A stretch of DNA of 63,732 nucleotides, the filler included, from Octopus bimaculoides (taxonomy: Eukaryota), in assembly GCF_001194135.2 (NCBI RefSeq). It is 4 parts of 4 records of this genome, joined end to end, with 100 filler letters (N's around TTAATTAATTAA, not from the genome) between each part and the next. Parts side by side here need not be neighbours in the genome. Positions count along the whole stretch, not along the records: positions 18,561 to 39,102 come from NC_069003.1; positions 39,203 to 61,291 come from NC_068993.1; 2 more parts are not named here. One strand, given 5' to 3'. Shown piece after piece: positions 25,895-39,765 of the stretch. A program made the translations under genes and the position numbers. The first letter of the stretch is position 1, and the number at the start of each line of letters is the position of its first letter. Below the pieces are notes generated by a model. The model had not been told where the DNA came from. It searched no databases and saw nothing but the letters and a program-made list of their open reading frames with translations.

Positions 25895-26463
25895 AATGCG
25901 TTTGCATGTGTGAATACGTATGAGTGTGTGACTGTGTGTGTATATATTTGTATGTATGTATATATACATATGTGTATGTATGTATGTATGCTTCCTGTTT
26001 TTTTTTTTATCATGTCCATTCTCTGATTCGGTAAGGAACTAGTTTTTAACAGAGATATAAAGCTCCATCTTTGGAATGTAGGTAACGAAACCAATGTCTC
26101 GTTTTGAACTTGCGGATAGACTTGCACATATGTATGTTTGGATACCCGAATGCACCCACCATACACACACACAAACACACACACACATACACACACACAC
26201 ACACATACACACAAACACAAATATCTATTTTTATCTATCTATCTGTCTAACTGTCTATCCATATACGTGTATGCGTCTTTAAGTACTGGGCTCCATACAC
26301 TCGACTAAAGGTCGTCAATGCAACACCCGTGTATGGCCGCAGTTCAATGACTAAAATACGTGGAAGATGAAAAAAGATAAAAGGCATATGTGTATGTATA
26401 TATACAGAGCAAGAGGGCGAGAAAGAGCGAGAGAGAAAGATAGACTGACATTAGCTGTATCTA

Positions 26464-26542
26464 CCAATCATGTACGACCCAACGAGTTGTATCCCATTTG
26501 AGTTTACTATATAGTCTTGAGCATGCGCAGACCCCACTTCCG
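26464..26542. promoter_or_regulatory. Candidate promoter or enhancer: CCAAT box, NRF1-like and ETS motifs
   Basis: CCAATCA at 26464-26470; TGAGCATGCGCA at 26518-26529 (11/12 match to TGCGCATGCGCA); CACTTCCG at 26535-26542; flanked by (GA)n. Confidence 0.35.
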
Positions 26543-26909
26543 TTATTCCTGCGTTTAATGAAAGGCATCAAAAATGATATATGAATTTATGAGAGAGAGA
26601 GAGAGAGAGCTGTTGTAGCCATGGGCTTGTACACGATTTCAGCGAAGCAGACGTGAGAAACCTGAACTAAAATGTCCTCCTCAACGTGTTAACCACTGGA
26701 TACGTGTGTCTTGTGCAGACGAACGCACGCACACACACACATACAGACACACATATATATACGCAGAACGCTTGCGCACACACATACACACACAGATACA
26801 CACAGACACACACACAAGAAGAAGACATAGGTACACGTATAAGTAATTTTGATTATATAATGTTTAGTGTACATATATACACACACCAATACAGACAATA
26901 ATATACACT

Positions 26910-26941
<32 letters not shown>

Positions 26942-26957
26942 ACACACACACACACAT

Positions 26958-27011
<54 letters not shown>

Positions 27012-27039
27012 TCTAATCTTCTTCTNNNNNNNNNNATTA

Positions 27040-27116
<77 letters not shown>

Positions 27117-27963
27117 TATATCTTACTTTGTTTCTCTCTCTACTCTCTTCCTTCAAAATTCCTTCGTAGTAAGTCTTCGAAGATATCTCGTTCATTTATT
27201 TGAAAAAGATATAGCAAAAAAAAACAAACATATATATATCCACAGTACAATATACAAAAATTGAAGGAAAAAAGAAAACAAAGAATCCCGTGAGAATGTG
27301 AAATAAATAAAAGAAACGGAAAACAGAAAGCATGCAGTCAGACGTAATTAGCAGAAAAAAATGAAATTCTTCATGATTTGATGTCTACTGAACATATTTG
27401 GAAAATATAATTAAAAAAAACAAAACAAAAATGTTGGTAAAGTTGTTGAGCATGGAATATCTTAAGGCACTTTGTTCATATGTCTGTCTGTATGTCGTTC
27501 TGTTTGTATATGTCTCTGTTATTATGGTTGTTCATTCTCTATTTAATTATGTTTCTATTTATTTAACTCTTCGTTGCTTTTATTCGCTCTCACAACAGNN
27601 NNNNNNNNNNNNNNNNNNNNNNNNNNNNNNNNNNNNNNNNNNNNNNNNNNNNNNNNNNNNNNNNNNNNNNNNNNNNNNNNNNNNNNNNNNNNNNNNNNNN
27701 NNNNNNNNNNNNNNNNNNNNNNNNNNNNNNNNNNNNNNNNNNNNNNNNNNNNNNNNNNNNNNNNNNNNNNNNNNNNNNNNNNNNNNNNNNNNNNNNNNNN
27801 NNNNNNNNNNNNNNNNNNNNNNNNNNNNNNNNNNNNNNNNNNNNNNNNNNNNNNNNNNNNNNNNNNNNNNNNNNNNNNNNNNNNNNNNNNNNNNNNNNNN
27901 NNNNNNNNNNNNNNNNNNNNNNNNNNNNNNNNNNNNNNNNNNNNNNNNNNNNNNNNNNNNNNN

Positions 27964-28075
27964 ATCTTTTAGAACCTTTATAAATAGAATGTCTTACAGC
28001 TGTTTCCGTGATATTTTATATGTCCTTTCATCGGAAACGGTGTGAGAAAATGGTTAAGCAATAGTTAATTTAGAT
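27964..28075 (-). mobile_element. Hammerhead-family-1 element (motif 27991-28038)
   Basis: GUUU-CCGAUGA-AA-GGACAUAU AAA AUAUCAC-G-GAAAC-AGCU-GUA-AGAC; flank AACTAT.GCT.AACCATTTTCTC.CACCGT is shared with 56311-56340. Confidence 0.7.
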
Positions 28076-28399
28076 ATATATACGCATGTATATGTGTGTA
28101 TTATTCCTTAACAAGAATAGTATTGACTGTGACTTAGAAATTTCGGTCAGCTAACTCATCGTCAGACTGTAGATCATTCGAGTCCATATTGACTTTATAT
28201 AGTCTCTGCTAAGATAAAGTTTTACGGGGTAGGACCTACCCCATATGTAGACATCAATTAAATGATAATCATACAATGTAAACTGTGGTGGAGATGTGTT
28301 ATGGCATATTTTCAATGATTTATGTTCATTATTTATATTCAAAATTCATTCATGCATGCAGAGCATTTTCAATGTGCTCTTTCCGGTACTCTTGTAGCT

Positions 28400-28519
28400 T
28401 TATATGAAGGTTGGAGGGTATATCAGCTGAAACGTTGTATTAACAACAAATAAGATGAGGACAAATATCCGTCAATCGTAAATTATGTAAATAACGTACA
28501 CAATTCCTCTAGAACTGTA
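28400..28519 (+). mobile_element. Hammerhead-family-2 element, core decayed
   Basis: ATGAAGGTTGGAGGGTATATCAGCTGAAACGTTGTATTAACAACAAA... aligns to the reverse complement of 57660-57798; CUGAAGA is lost. Confidence 0.8.
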
Positions 28520-31138
28520 GTATCGGTGTATTGGACGAAAATCTTTTAATCCAGAGCCTTAGAAGCTGCAGATTAATGACTAGAACACGTCAGAGATAAA
28601 ATAGGAATGCTAAACTGTACATACAGCGACATGGAGCATCGCATTCACATCTTTTACCAGAATCAATTCATTAGATCCTTCCCCATTTCAAACATGATAC
28701 ACAGTTTACTCACAACTTCAACGGTGGCACCTGTGCCGATTCCATGCGATTTACGCATTTCTTTGCAGCACAATTCGCCCCTCATTGTAGCATTCTTATA
28801 TGGCACGTTAATACCGACAATTATCCTCATTATTTCAAGCTCGAGATTGAAGCAACTTTTGATATTGTTAAGTCGAACATCTTTTTAGAGATATATTACG
28901 ATTTTTTTTTTTATTTTCATTTTGTAGCAAACAATTTTCAGGATAGAAACACACTTTTGATTAATGCTGTCGCGTCAAATTAGTCTTTATCGATAACAGA
29001 CTTTTCCACTGAAGGTCTTTAGTTCATACTAGTAGGTTATTAATTTCGCTGTAAAATTCTGGACTGTAAAGTTTCCGTATATCTGAGTAACATTCTATTT
29101 TTTTTTAAGTAAGATATATTTGTTGTACGAGGAAGGAATTGGTCACCTTACACACCGTCGGATGTTTAAATTAGTAATATTTCTCGCTATTTCTGCACGC
29201 AAACACACACATACACACACACATACACACACACACACACGCACACTCACGAACACAGATACACACTCACGCACACACTCATACACTCAAGTACACAGAC
29301 ATATAAATTTATTTATATACATACACAGAAACATATGTATATGTATATATACGTGTATATAGATATATGTGCGCGTATATATATGAGAGATATATGATAT
29401 GTAATACGTATATATGCATATAGATATGCTTAATAAAATATAANNNNNNNNNNNNNNNNNNNNNNNNNNNNNNNNNNNNNNNNNNNNNNNNNNNNNNNNN
29501 NNNNNNNNNNNNNNNNNNNNNNNNNNNNNNNNNNNNNNNNNNNNNNNNNNTATATATATGTATATATACATAAATACACGCACGTATATATTTTGTATGT
29601 ATTTGTATATATTTATACATACACAAATACATACCTATATATGTGCGTATGTGCGTGTGCGTGTGTGTGTGCTTGTATGTGTTTATATGTAAAATTACGT
29701 GGAAAGTTTTCAGTGTTCCCTGTTGTATGAACAATATACAATTAGATAGATGCTAATTATATTCACGTCAATGATTGTTCTTCTCCATGTCAGAGGAGAC
29801 ATTTTCGAACTTAAAATTGATTTTAAAATAAATTTCTCGTTCTTCATTTCATCTCTTATCAGTGAGTATTTCTTCAATACAATCCTACATATTTTCTACA
29901 TTACACGTAGTTATCGAAAACCCACGAAGAATTGTATTCGCTGGTGACGTTTACTAAGAATGGAACTCGACCTGCATTATCAACGCATGTAACAGATATC
30001 AGACCTAAAACGTTCTGCATAATCTCCCTCAATTTTTAGCTTCTTTCTTTATCTCTGATGCTATTGTAGTCATTACGAATTATGATTTTCTTTACAGTAC
30101 GATTACAAACTTTAGTATATACAGAATGTTAAATAGTTCATTCATACTCATAGTTCTAGCTGTATTAAAACGGAGACGTAGACATGTCTTCGGCTCTCCA
30201 ATCAAATGGCATTGAAGGTGTGGCTTCTGGAAGGGAAAAATGGTTACATTAACACTTGATTTCCAGCAAAATACATAACAATAATGCGAACTTCATTGCC
30301 TGCAAAATACATAACAATAATGCGAACCTAGCGCCACTCATTCCAGGAATCGAAATCCGTTCCTATGACACTTGTATGTTTCTTGTTATCGTAGTCTAGT
30401 TTCGTTATGGACGACAAGAAACGATGGTTCAGGTATGAAACATACAGAGAGTGGACAGAAAGATTTGTCCGGACGTTTCTAAATAAGAAGTCATGTGCAA
30501 ATCAGGTGCGTGTATCTTTTATATTATGAAGAGTTATCCGAAAAGTGATACAGTCCAGGCAACATTAACTAACCTTAACTGCAAGTCTATTGAAAACTTT
30601 ATTGTATACGCAATAATTTTTTGTATAATTTGATGGAATTATTCTCCTTATAGAGCTAGAGAAAGCTACTGAGGCCGGCAGTAACAACCACATCACGAGA
30701 TGAATATTAACAGATTGCTTTTCTCTCCATTATTCTGGTCTGTAGTATGGTGGGCGGAGATTTGATAATGTACACCTGTTTCACACTAAGGCTTGGTAGC
30801 ACCTCGTCGTATTAAGAGGCGGTTTTGTGAAAGGTTTGTCTGTCGAAGAAAAACACCTTCACAAGCCACAATTCATTAAATATGGTCTGATTGTTCAAAC
30901 GTATAATTTACGATTGTGAAACTCGAAGGAATAATGGAGTGAATCACTAACTGCTTCCTCGATTACTGTAAAATCGAATACATGTAATGATTTCACTCTT
31001 CTTTCGTATGTATACCTGTGCCTACATACGTAAATACAATTCACATAAGTATGAATATATATATATATATACGTCTGTATGTGTGTGTGTGGGTGGGTGT
31101 GTGTGTGTGCGTGTGTGCGTGTATATAAATATATATAG

Positions 31139-31181
<43 letters not shown>

Positions 31182-31461
31182 AGAGTTTGTGTGTGTGAGA
31201 GTTTGTGTGTGTTTATGTGGAGCTTGGATATGTGTGTCTTTGTGAGTTCGCTACCGAAACACATAGACGCTTATACAAACGTTTGATTGCCTTATGAAAT
31301 TTGATTTACTCTACTACGAAATATCAAAATACACATACATGCTTGATCACACATAAACACACATACTTGTATTACACACACACACACACACATATTTATA
31401 TATATATACACAGGCCCCCTCGTATATATATATAAATGTGTGTGTGTGTGTGTAATACAAG

Positions 31462-31514
<53 letters not shown>

Positions 31515-31756
31515 ATATACATGGACATATATGTATTGAATTAGTTAGAGTTAGAGAGTATGGTAGTGGTGTATGGTTAGTTGTCTTACTTTCACGTGTG
31601 TTTTCGTTACTGGCAATTTGGCAAGTGGTTTGTCCCTGTTTGCCAAGAGAGTATGGAACTCCACAACAGAGATAATTATAGTCAATCTGCTTAGCGCATT
31701 CTTCAATTGTATAGGATTAATTCGATATAAATATATCGACTGCAACGTGAACGAAA

Positions 31757-31785
31757 ACAACAACGACGACGACGACGACGACGAC

Positions 31786-31850
<65 letters not shown>

Positions 31851-31984
31851 TAATAATAATAATAATAATATTAGAAGAAGAAGAAGAAGAAGAAGAAGAA
31901 GAAGAAGAAGAAGAAGAAGAAGAAGAAGAAGAAGAAGAAGAAGAAGAAGAAGAAGAAGAAGAAGAAGAAGAAGAAGAAGAAGAA
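31757..31984. repeat. Compound trinucleotide microsatellite (AAC)-(GAC)-(GAT)-(TAA)-(GAA)
   Basis: Read directly from the sequence. Confidence 0.98.
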
Positions 31985-32598
31985 ATACATACATCTGTGT
32001 AGCTACAATACTAACGTAATTAACAGTACGATAAATAGATTAGTAACGTTATTGCTGCGACTACAATCACATACGTGGGCGTATGGTCTTCGCTTTTTCT
32101 TTCTAGAGCTATGTCAAGTGAAGTGACCACAGAGAAGCTGGGACACATATACTAAAACATTACCCCAGGAGTGATAGCAAAAGGGGCTGATTGCTACCTA
32201 TCTCAGATACCAGGAAATCCGAAAATGGAAAAAATCAAAAAAATAGTGCTCATGGAACATATTTTTATCTTACGTAAAATGTTCTCTATGCAATTTCAAA
32301 ATATTAATCTGCGAATATAGTCAAGAGTGCTTTTAAATGTACATAATAGCAAGCAGCTATTAATGTCACCTTAAGATCACGCTATTATTTTATCGCCAAA
32401 TTACTTTTAAAACAAACTTCTATTTTACATAAGTTTTGACATTCTCTAGAACAATACTCGGTGTAAAAACCAATTATATGGTGCCTTTATCATAACATAA
32501 GCTTTATCATAACATAAACTTGTTGTCTCTTTAGGTCTCTGGATGAGACTTTGCGTCAACTTGTACAAATGCATAGCGAAAGCCAATCATGTGATAAC

Positions 32599-32632
<34 letters not shown>

Positions 32633-32862
32633 GTGTCAACTTCCTTCATGGTTTTCTTCGATGTCAATAAAGCAGATAGTTATTAACTTTATCCACTATT
32701 AACTAGTAACTTTATCCACTATTTTTACACTTAGTACGTAAATATTGACGAATATCATAAAGTAAGCTGAGATTTTCTTTCGAAGAAAATTACTTTTTTT
32801 CTTTTTTCATTTCAAAGTCCTACTGGAGCATATGGCATTGTGGCATGTATTCCAAGAAATAT

Positions 32863-32913
<51 letters not shown>

Positions 32914-32999
32914 GTCATGCATATAAATATGTAACATACTCACATACACGTATAAAATGTCTCTACACTGCATAAGTATAAGTATATACATGTATATAT

Positions 33000-33071
<72 letters not shown>

Positions 33072-34694
33072 ATATCTATCTATCCACCTACCTACCTACC
33101 TACCTACCTACCTACCTAACTATTTATCTCTATCCATCTATTTCTATTTCTTTCTGTCTCTGTCTGTCTCTCTCTCTCCCCCCCTCTCTCTCTGTATACA
33201 TATTCCCATAACATAAAATGCATTAAAACAGAACACTTACACACACATACGCCTGCGCACACATATATGTAAGTGTGTACGTGTGCATGTTTGTATGTTT
33301 TCGTAAAAGTCTTACTTCCTGCGTCTTTCTTTTTTGCCTGTCTGTAGACTTTCTCCTTCCTGTGTCAGAGATGAAATTTTTCATGCAAGATATTTTTGTA
33401 GTTAGATGAATAAAAGATATATATGGAGAGGCATACGGTGCGAGAGAGAGAGAGGCTACGAATGATGAACATACACCGAGGTAGAGAGGAAGAGAGCATA
33501 AATAATGAAAGTGGTCGAGTTAAACTGAGTGAAATAAGTACGAAACAGATAATGAAATAGTTTAAAACAAATATGCATCCAAAACCATAGGTTTAGCATC
33601 TTGAATTGAAAGATAGGAATGAAGAAAGAAAAAGAGAAAGGAAATAAATAAATGAATAATAACATTGCAGAGTAAAATAAGTAAATAAAACCATATAAAA
33701 GAATATAAAAAAAACTAAAGAAACCCCACAAAAAATATCTCGTTACAACTTAAGAAATAAAGAGAATGACAAAACGACGAGATCGAGTTTACACATTCTA
33801 CGTGGACATCAAGAGAATTCATCGTGTATAACGGGCAGAAAAAATAATGTTTAAAAACTCTATCCAAAATGGCGTCGAGAATGTAGTCGACGACGGAAGC
33901 CATGTGCAGTAGTGTATTACATTTCAATCAGTCACTATTTCTATCATGCTCGCCCTCCTTTCCTTTTTCTTTTTCTCACTATCTCTTGTTTTGGTTTTTA
34001 GAGAGCTTCATCTTTACCTTGAATAACCTCGGGGTTGCACACTGTTTTTAGTGTTACATATGTGGTTTGTTTGTTTTGTTTGTATATGTTTCTTTCTTTT
34101 TGTTAGTTTCCCATTAAGTTCTGTATCTTTACTTATATGCGATAAACCTCTAGGCTTCGCATGTATATATGCATGTATGTATGTGTGTCCGAATATGTAT
34201 ATATATTGGTATATATATAAATATATATACATATGTGTGTGTATATGTGTATATATGTACATGTATATGTATATATGTATGTACATATATATATANNNNN
34301 NNNNNNNNNNNNNNNNNNNNNNNNNNNNNNNNNNNNNNNNNNNNNNNNNNNNNNNNNNNNNNNNNNNNNNNNNNNNNNNNNNNNNNNNNNNNNNNNNNNN
34401 NNNNNNNNNNNNNNNNNNNNNNNNNNNNNNNNNNNNNNNNNNNNNNNNNNNNNNNNNNNNNNNNNNNNNNNNNNNNNNNNNNNNNNNNNNNNNNNNNNNN
34501 NNNNNNNNNNNNNNNNNNNNNNNNNNNNNNNNNNNNNNNNNNNNNNNNNNNNNNNNNNNNNNNNNNNNNNNNNNNNNNNNNNNNNNNNNNNNNNNNNNNN
34601 NNNNNNNNNNNNNNNNNNNNNNNNNNNNNNNNNNNNNNNNNNNNNNNNNNNNNNNNNNNNNNNNNNNNNNNNNNNNNNNNNNNNNNNNNNNNNN

Positions 34695-34725
<31 letters not shown>

Positions 34726-35275
34726 TAAACACACTGATAGGTGGATAGATAGATAGATAGATAGATAATTTAATACAAACATATACATTATTTACACATG
34801 TATATATTTTGGAACAGTGTCCATATATTGTGGATGTTCGCTCCGTATTCGCAAGAGCACAGTATCGATCCTGCTGCGTGGCCTTTTGGGCAAATGTGAT
34901 TTCAAAAGCCACCAAATAATACATAACTTTTAAGTAAACTTCGGTAGACGGGCAACGAGTCGCTGGCATTCGTCTGAACTGCACAGTTAATTTGAAGTTT
35001 GAACGTCATGACTTGTTTCTTACTATGAATCAGTCTGAGTGTTGCCTGTCAATAAAATACTCTGCACTTTTACGCCTATTAAACGAAGATTTTAAATCAG
35101 TTGGCCGAAGGAGTGAGACATCATGCTCAGATGAGGTCAGCTTTCCTCTATTTACTTCATTTACGTACATTATCAATTTGTAGATATATGGTCAACAGAT
35201 GAAAGCTAGAGATTCTCAGTATAGAAGGCGCTTAGTGGTGTTCAAATGGTTGAAACGTAGGCTCCGATGTCTTTA

Positions 35276-35381
35276 CAGGGGATCAATTCTATGGGGTAAA
35301 AGGTGACTATGAGAGGGATCATGTTGAGCTGCTATGGAGGCAATCATATTCGCCTCAATATCTGTTTAAATTGATCCCTTG
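35276..35381. mobile_element. Tc1/mariner-type MITE, ~106 bp
   Basis: TA-CAGGGGATCAATT ... AATTGATCCCTTG-TA (13-bp TIR with 1 mismatch, TA TSD). Confidence 0.65.
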
Positions 35382-37666
35382 TATAGCCATTCTTTGGTCC
35401 GTCAAATTTATAAATACAAATATGTAGATGTTTTCATTCTAGTTTGGATCCTTTGCAATCAAATTTGAATTCTTTGCCATCAAATTTGAACCAGGTGTGA
35501 ACTAGGAACCATATGGTTGGGAAGGAAACGTCTTCCCGCAGAACTGCGTCTGTACCTCGCACACGTTTTGTTGCCTTCTTAATTTCAGTGAAATAAAATT
35601 GCTCTTTCTATTATTACGCTTCACAAATAAAACAATGAACTCTTGTAAATATGATTATTTTCCTCGTACAAGAAATAAACAGCAAATAGACTCACAGTTT
35701 ACATTGCTCCGAAGTATTCTTCGCGTTTTCCTGTAAGAATTCTTTGACATTAGATTCAACTTTTCATTAGTTAGGCAGCATTTGATTCATATAATACACG
35801 CCGTGTATTATTTGAGATTTATTTTTGTCAGGTGAATGTGCGACGTTTTGTTTGTGTCTAATGTTTTATTGTTTGCTCCGTTACTTTGCCACCTGCTGAT
35901 TTCGTCTCCTGGGTAATACTTATTTCATTTTAAAAATTTCTTTATGCAGTGTCTCGTTTGTGAATTCAACCGTTCATCGATTATTACCAAAGATATTTCA
36001 TAATTGTATGAATACGCTGTCAGTCGTATATGTATTCGTTTGTGTCTTTCATTTAAATGAATTTTACGTCTATGCTTTTATTTCCATTCGAATGTTTACG
36101 TCTAGAACTGATGTTGTATTGTTTGGGCTATTATTTCTACTGGTTCGGATGTAAATTATTAGAATAATTTACATGAATTTTTTGGGTTAAATTTTACGAT
36201 ACCTTCCAATGTGTTGATTAGGACGAGTACATCTTCCGCATGCATTCTGCATCACACAGTTGTTTTGCTACTGTAATGCGTTCCAACGGATAGTATGTGT
36301 CAAAGACTTTGCATAATCTGTATTGCCGACTGAGGAAGTTTACTTCTCCTGTACTAATATTTCATTCACTACATTACGTAGTGTTGTGCATTGTATTAAA
36401 TTACTCATTTATGTATATTTGGTGTTTGTATAACTATTCAATGTTTTCTACGTTCCCTAGGAACATTCCAATTGACCATTTACTGTATATTTTGATATAT
36501 ATTATTTGATCAATTTCACGTGTTGTGACAAATTGGTCCCCAAGGATCAGTTCGTCTACTCACTTGTGATTAGTCGGATTCGTCACAATTGATGGTCTTC
36601 CAGATGGCCTTCAATACTTATATCGCCGTTAAACTTCTTTAGCCATCACTAAATAATGAGTTTTACCAATCGTATCATCACGGTAATCAATACTTATACG
36701 GATAGCGAGCAACCTGCTTAGTAATTAAGAACTCAATGACTGCACGTTGCTTTTGCTTTGCACCTGTTTTTGCTGGAAATGTTGAAGGGGGCAAAGAGCT
36801 TCTAAAGAGAATAAGCTTCTCTATCAACATGTGCAATTTAAACCTCCCCAAAAGCGTGAGAGACTCGCAGTGGAGGTGGATGTAAGTCTTCGGATGTAAA
36901 TTCCGGATGAACCTGCTTCGCGGTCAGAAAAACAGATGAGATTAGCAGCATCAAATCAAGCCCTCTTATGCACCAAATTCCACGTACTAGAAGTGGTTTC
37001 AAGTAGTGAATGTGTAGCTAAGCTAACGGCGATGACCCAGCCTGGCCGCAGCTCTGGAGCTGAAACCAGTCTATAATTAAAGGTTATGATCAGAAATAAA
37101 AGTTTCGCCAACGCTTGAATTATTTCAGTACAACCCTCGTATCGCTACCGGCGCTTTCACATATGTTAATGTCGTATATTTATTAAATTAAGTAGTGCTT
37201 GTCTAAGATTAACATTCACCATTTTTACATAATTACGCGGATCTCCGTTTTATTACGTTCACCTTCGAGACTACTTCAGTTGCATTAACCACGTTTACAG
37301 ATTATTTATCTTTGAGAGATTCTTGACCTAGGTAGAGCAGTAAGATTTCCATTCTTCTTTACTTCTTGTGGTCATATTTCGGTTCTAAGTAGACGTTAGT
37401 GCCGATGCCGAAGAGCATAATTTAGTCTGCAGTGAGTTAATGTCGCATAAGGTTTAGAAACACATCTTCCGGTGTGAGTATGTTTCTTTTATTTACTTTG
37501 CTGTGTCTTATTGCGTCATCACAGAGATTCCTGTATGTCATCAACAGCTCATAGAATTGACTTTTTATATTTAACCATTTCTACTTTACAGATTTATCGA
37601 TGGCGCTCTTTAAGTATAGAGTTTCCGCTCCTATGAAGAATCTACACGGAAATTTAGCCTGAATAA

Positions 37667-37724
<58 letters not shown>

Positions 37725-38103
37725 NNNNNNNNNNNNNNNNNNNNNNNNNNNNNNNNNNNNNNNNNNNNNNNNNNNNNNNNNNNNNNNNNNNNNNNNNNNN
37801 NNNNNNNNNNNNNNNNNNNNNNNNNNNNNNNNNNNNNNNNNNNNNNNNNNNNNNNNNNNNNNNNNNNNNNNNNNNNNNNNNNNNNNNNNNNNNNNNNNNN
37901 NNNNNNNNNNNNNNNNNNNNNNNNNNNNNNNNNNNNNNNNNNNNNNNNNNNNNNNNNNNNNNNNNNNNNNNNNNNNNNNNNNNNNNNNNNNNNNNNNNNN
38001 NNNNNNNNNNNNNNNNNNNNNNNNNNNNNNNNNNNNNNNNNNNNNNNNNNNNNNNNNNNNNNNNNNNNNNNNNNNNNNNNNNNNGCAGCTGTATTGATGA
38101 TGT

Positions 38104-38390
38104 CCTCCTCTCCTCCTCCTCCCCTCTTCCCCATCCCCTCCTCCTCCTCCTCCTTCTCCTTCTACTCCCTCGTCCTAGTCCTGCTCCTCGTCCTGCTCCT
38201 CGTCCTCCTCCTCCTTCTCCTCCTCCTGCTCATTCTCCTCCTTCTCCTCCTTCTCATTCTTCATCCTAGTCTTGTACTTTTTCTTGTCCTCGTTCTTGTT
38301 GTTGTTCTACTTCTTCACCTAGTTTCTCATCCTCGTTATCCTCCTGCTCCTCCTTCTCCACCCCTTATTCTTCCTCCTCCCCTTCTACGC
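38104..38390. repeat. Degenerate (TCC)n polypyrimidine tract
   Basis: Read directly from the sequence. Confidence 0.9.
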
Positions 38391-38592
38391 CGTCTTAATC
38401 ACCGTAATCCCCCGTCTTTTTCCTCCTCTTTGTACATTGAAACGTTAATACTGAATTAAAGAATTCGCTACACAGATTGACTCTAATTATCTCTCGTATG
38501 GTCTTCCATACAAACTTGCCAAAATGGAATACACGGCTTGCCAAATCGCCAGTAATCAAATTACAAACACAAATCTTTACCGAATAACCGCC

Positions 38593-38646
<54 letters not shown>

Positions 38647-38660
38647 NNNNNNNNNNNNNN

Positions 38661-38925
38661 TTATTCAGTTTATTTCAAGATTTCTTGCCAACAGAGAAAG
38701 AGCCGGTTTCTAACCTAGATCCAAGACTCCTTCATTGGAATCTCAATATCAGCAACAGGGTAACTTTGTATGTATTTATGGATGTATGTTTGTATGTATG
38801 TATGTGTGTGTGTATGTATGTATGTCGTTATTGAGTTTTATTTCAAGATTTCTTGCCAACAGAGAAAGAGCCGGTTTCTAACCTAGATTCAAGACTCCTT
38901 CATTGGAATTTCTACATTAATACCA
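38661..38925 (+). repeat. Two tandem copies of family F separated by (TATG)n
   Basis: Near-identical ~95-bp units at 38661 and 38828. Confidence 0.85.
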
Positions 38926-39211
38926 GGGTAGTGTGTATGTATGTATGTATGCATGTATGTATGCATGTAGCTATCCATGTATGTATACATACAGAATTCT
39001 ACAGATATATAACAAATATAAAATAATAAACACACACACACACACACACACGCACACACACTCACACACATATATATATATATATATAGACATATATATA
39101 TANNNNNNNNNNNNNNNNNNNNNNNNNNNNNNNNNNNNNNNNNNNNTTAATTAATTAANNNNNNNNNNNNNNNNNNNNNNNNNNNNNNNNNNNNNNNNNN
39201 NNATACATATA

Positions 39212-39254
<43 letters not shown>

Positions 39255-39696
39255 TCCTCTCGATTTTGGGAGATATATTTTTTTTTTTGGCTTTGAATTT
39301 AATATTTATTATCTTTCGTCTTGTTCCTTCGAGTTTGTTTTCTTTTCCGAACTATTTTCTTATGATTTATTTATTTATTATCTTTTTTTTATATCTAGTT
39401 TTTCTTTACTTTTCACATTTATCTCACATATACTACATTTTTACATTGTGACCTTTGATGTTACTTTTTTATGATTGTGCTTTTTTATGTATATTATTTT
39501 TGTATATATATATATATTATATTTTTATATATTATTTATGCATTGTTTATTTTATATTTCAGCCACTCTGTTTTCTTTCAATTTACTGACACCAGACGAC
39601 AGAAACATCATTAAAGAAATAGAGTTACACGAAAACATTGAATAAAAAATATATTTATACATATATATACATTCATATATACATACATAGACACAC

Positions 39697-39765
<69 letters not shown>

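Noticed and set aside
28607-28888. ORF MLNCTYSDME... as Dll exon 1
   Set aside because: No recognisable Dll N-terminal motif, and composition is unlike homeobox N-termini
31573-32019. Poly-D/N/R/E, poly-I and YI/CV/HT-rich ORFs here and throughout the window
   Set aside because: Translations of di-, tri- and tetranucleotide microsatellites
35791-35811. 21-bp palindrome ATAATACACG-C-CGTGTATTAT, and a 26-bp direct repeat at 30266/30302
   Set aside because: Short local duplications with no associated feature; not distinguishable from background
37602-37666. Possible small exon (TTTACAG acceptor, GTATGT donor)
   Set aside because: All three frames contain stops and the donor is part of a (GT)n run; no other support
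39585-39620. CTGACAC...GAAAC hammerhead-like string, and other isolated CTGANGA hits (7389, 16297, 21165, 36329)
   Set aside because: The core is incomplete or there is no stem II/GAAA at the right spacing
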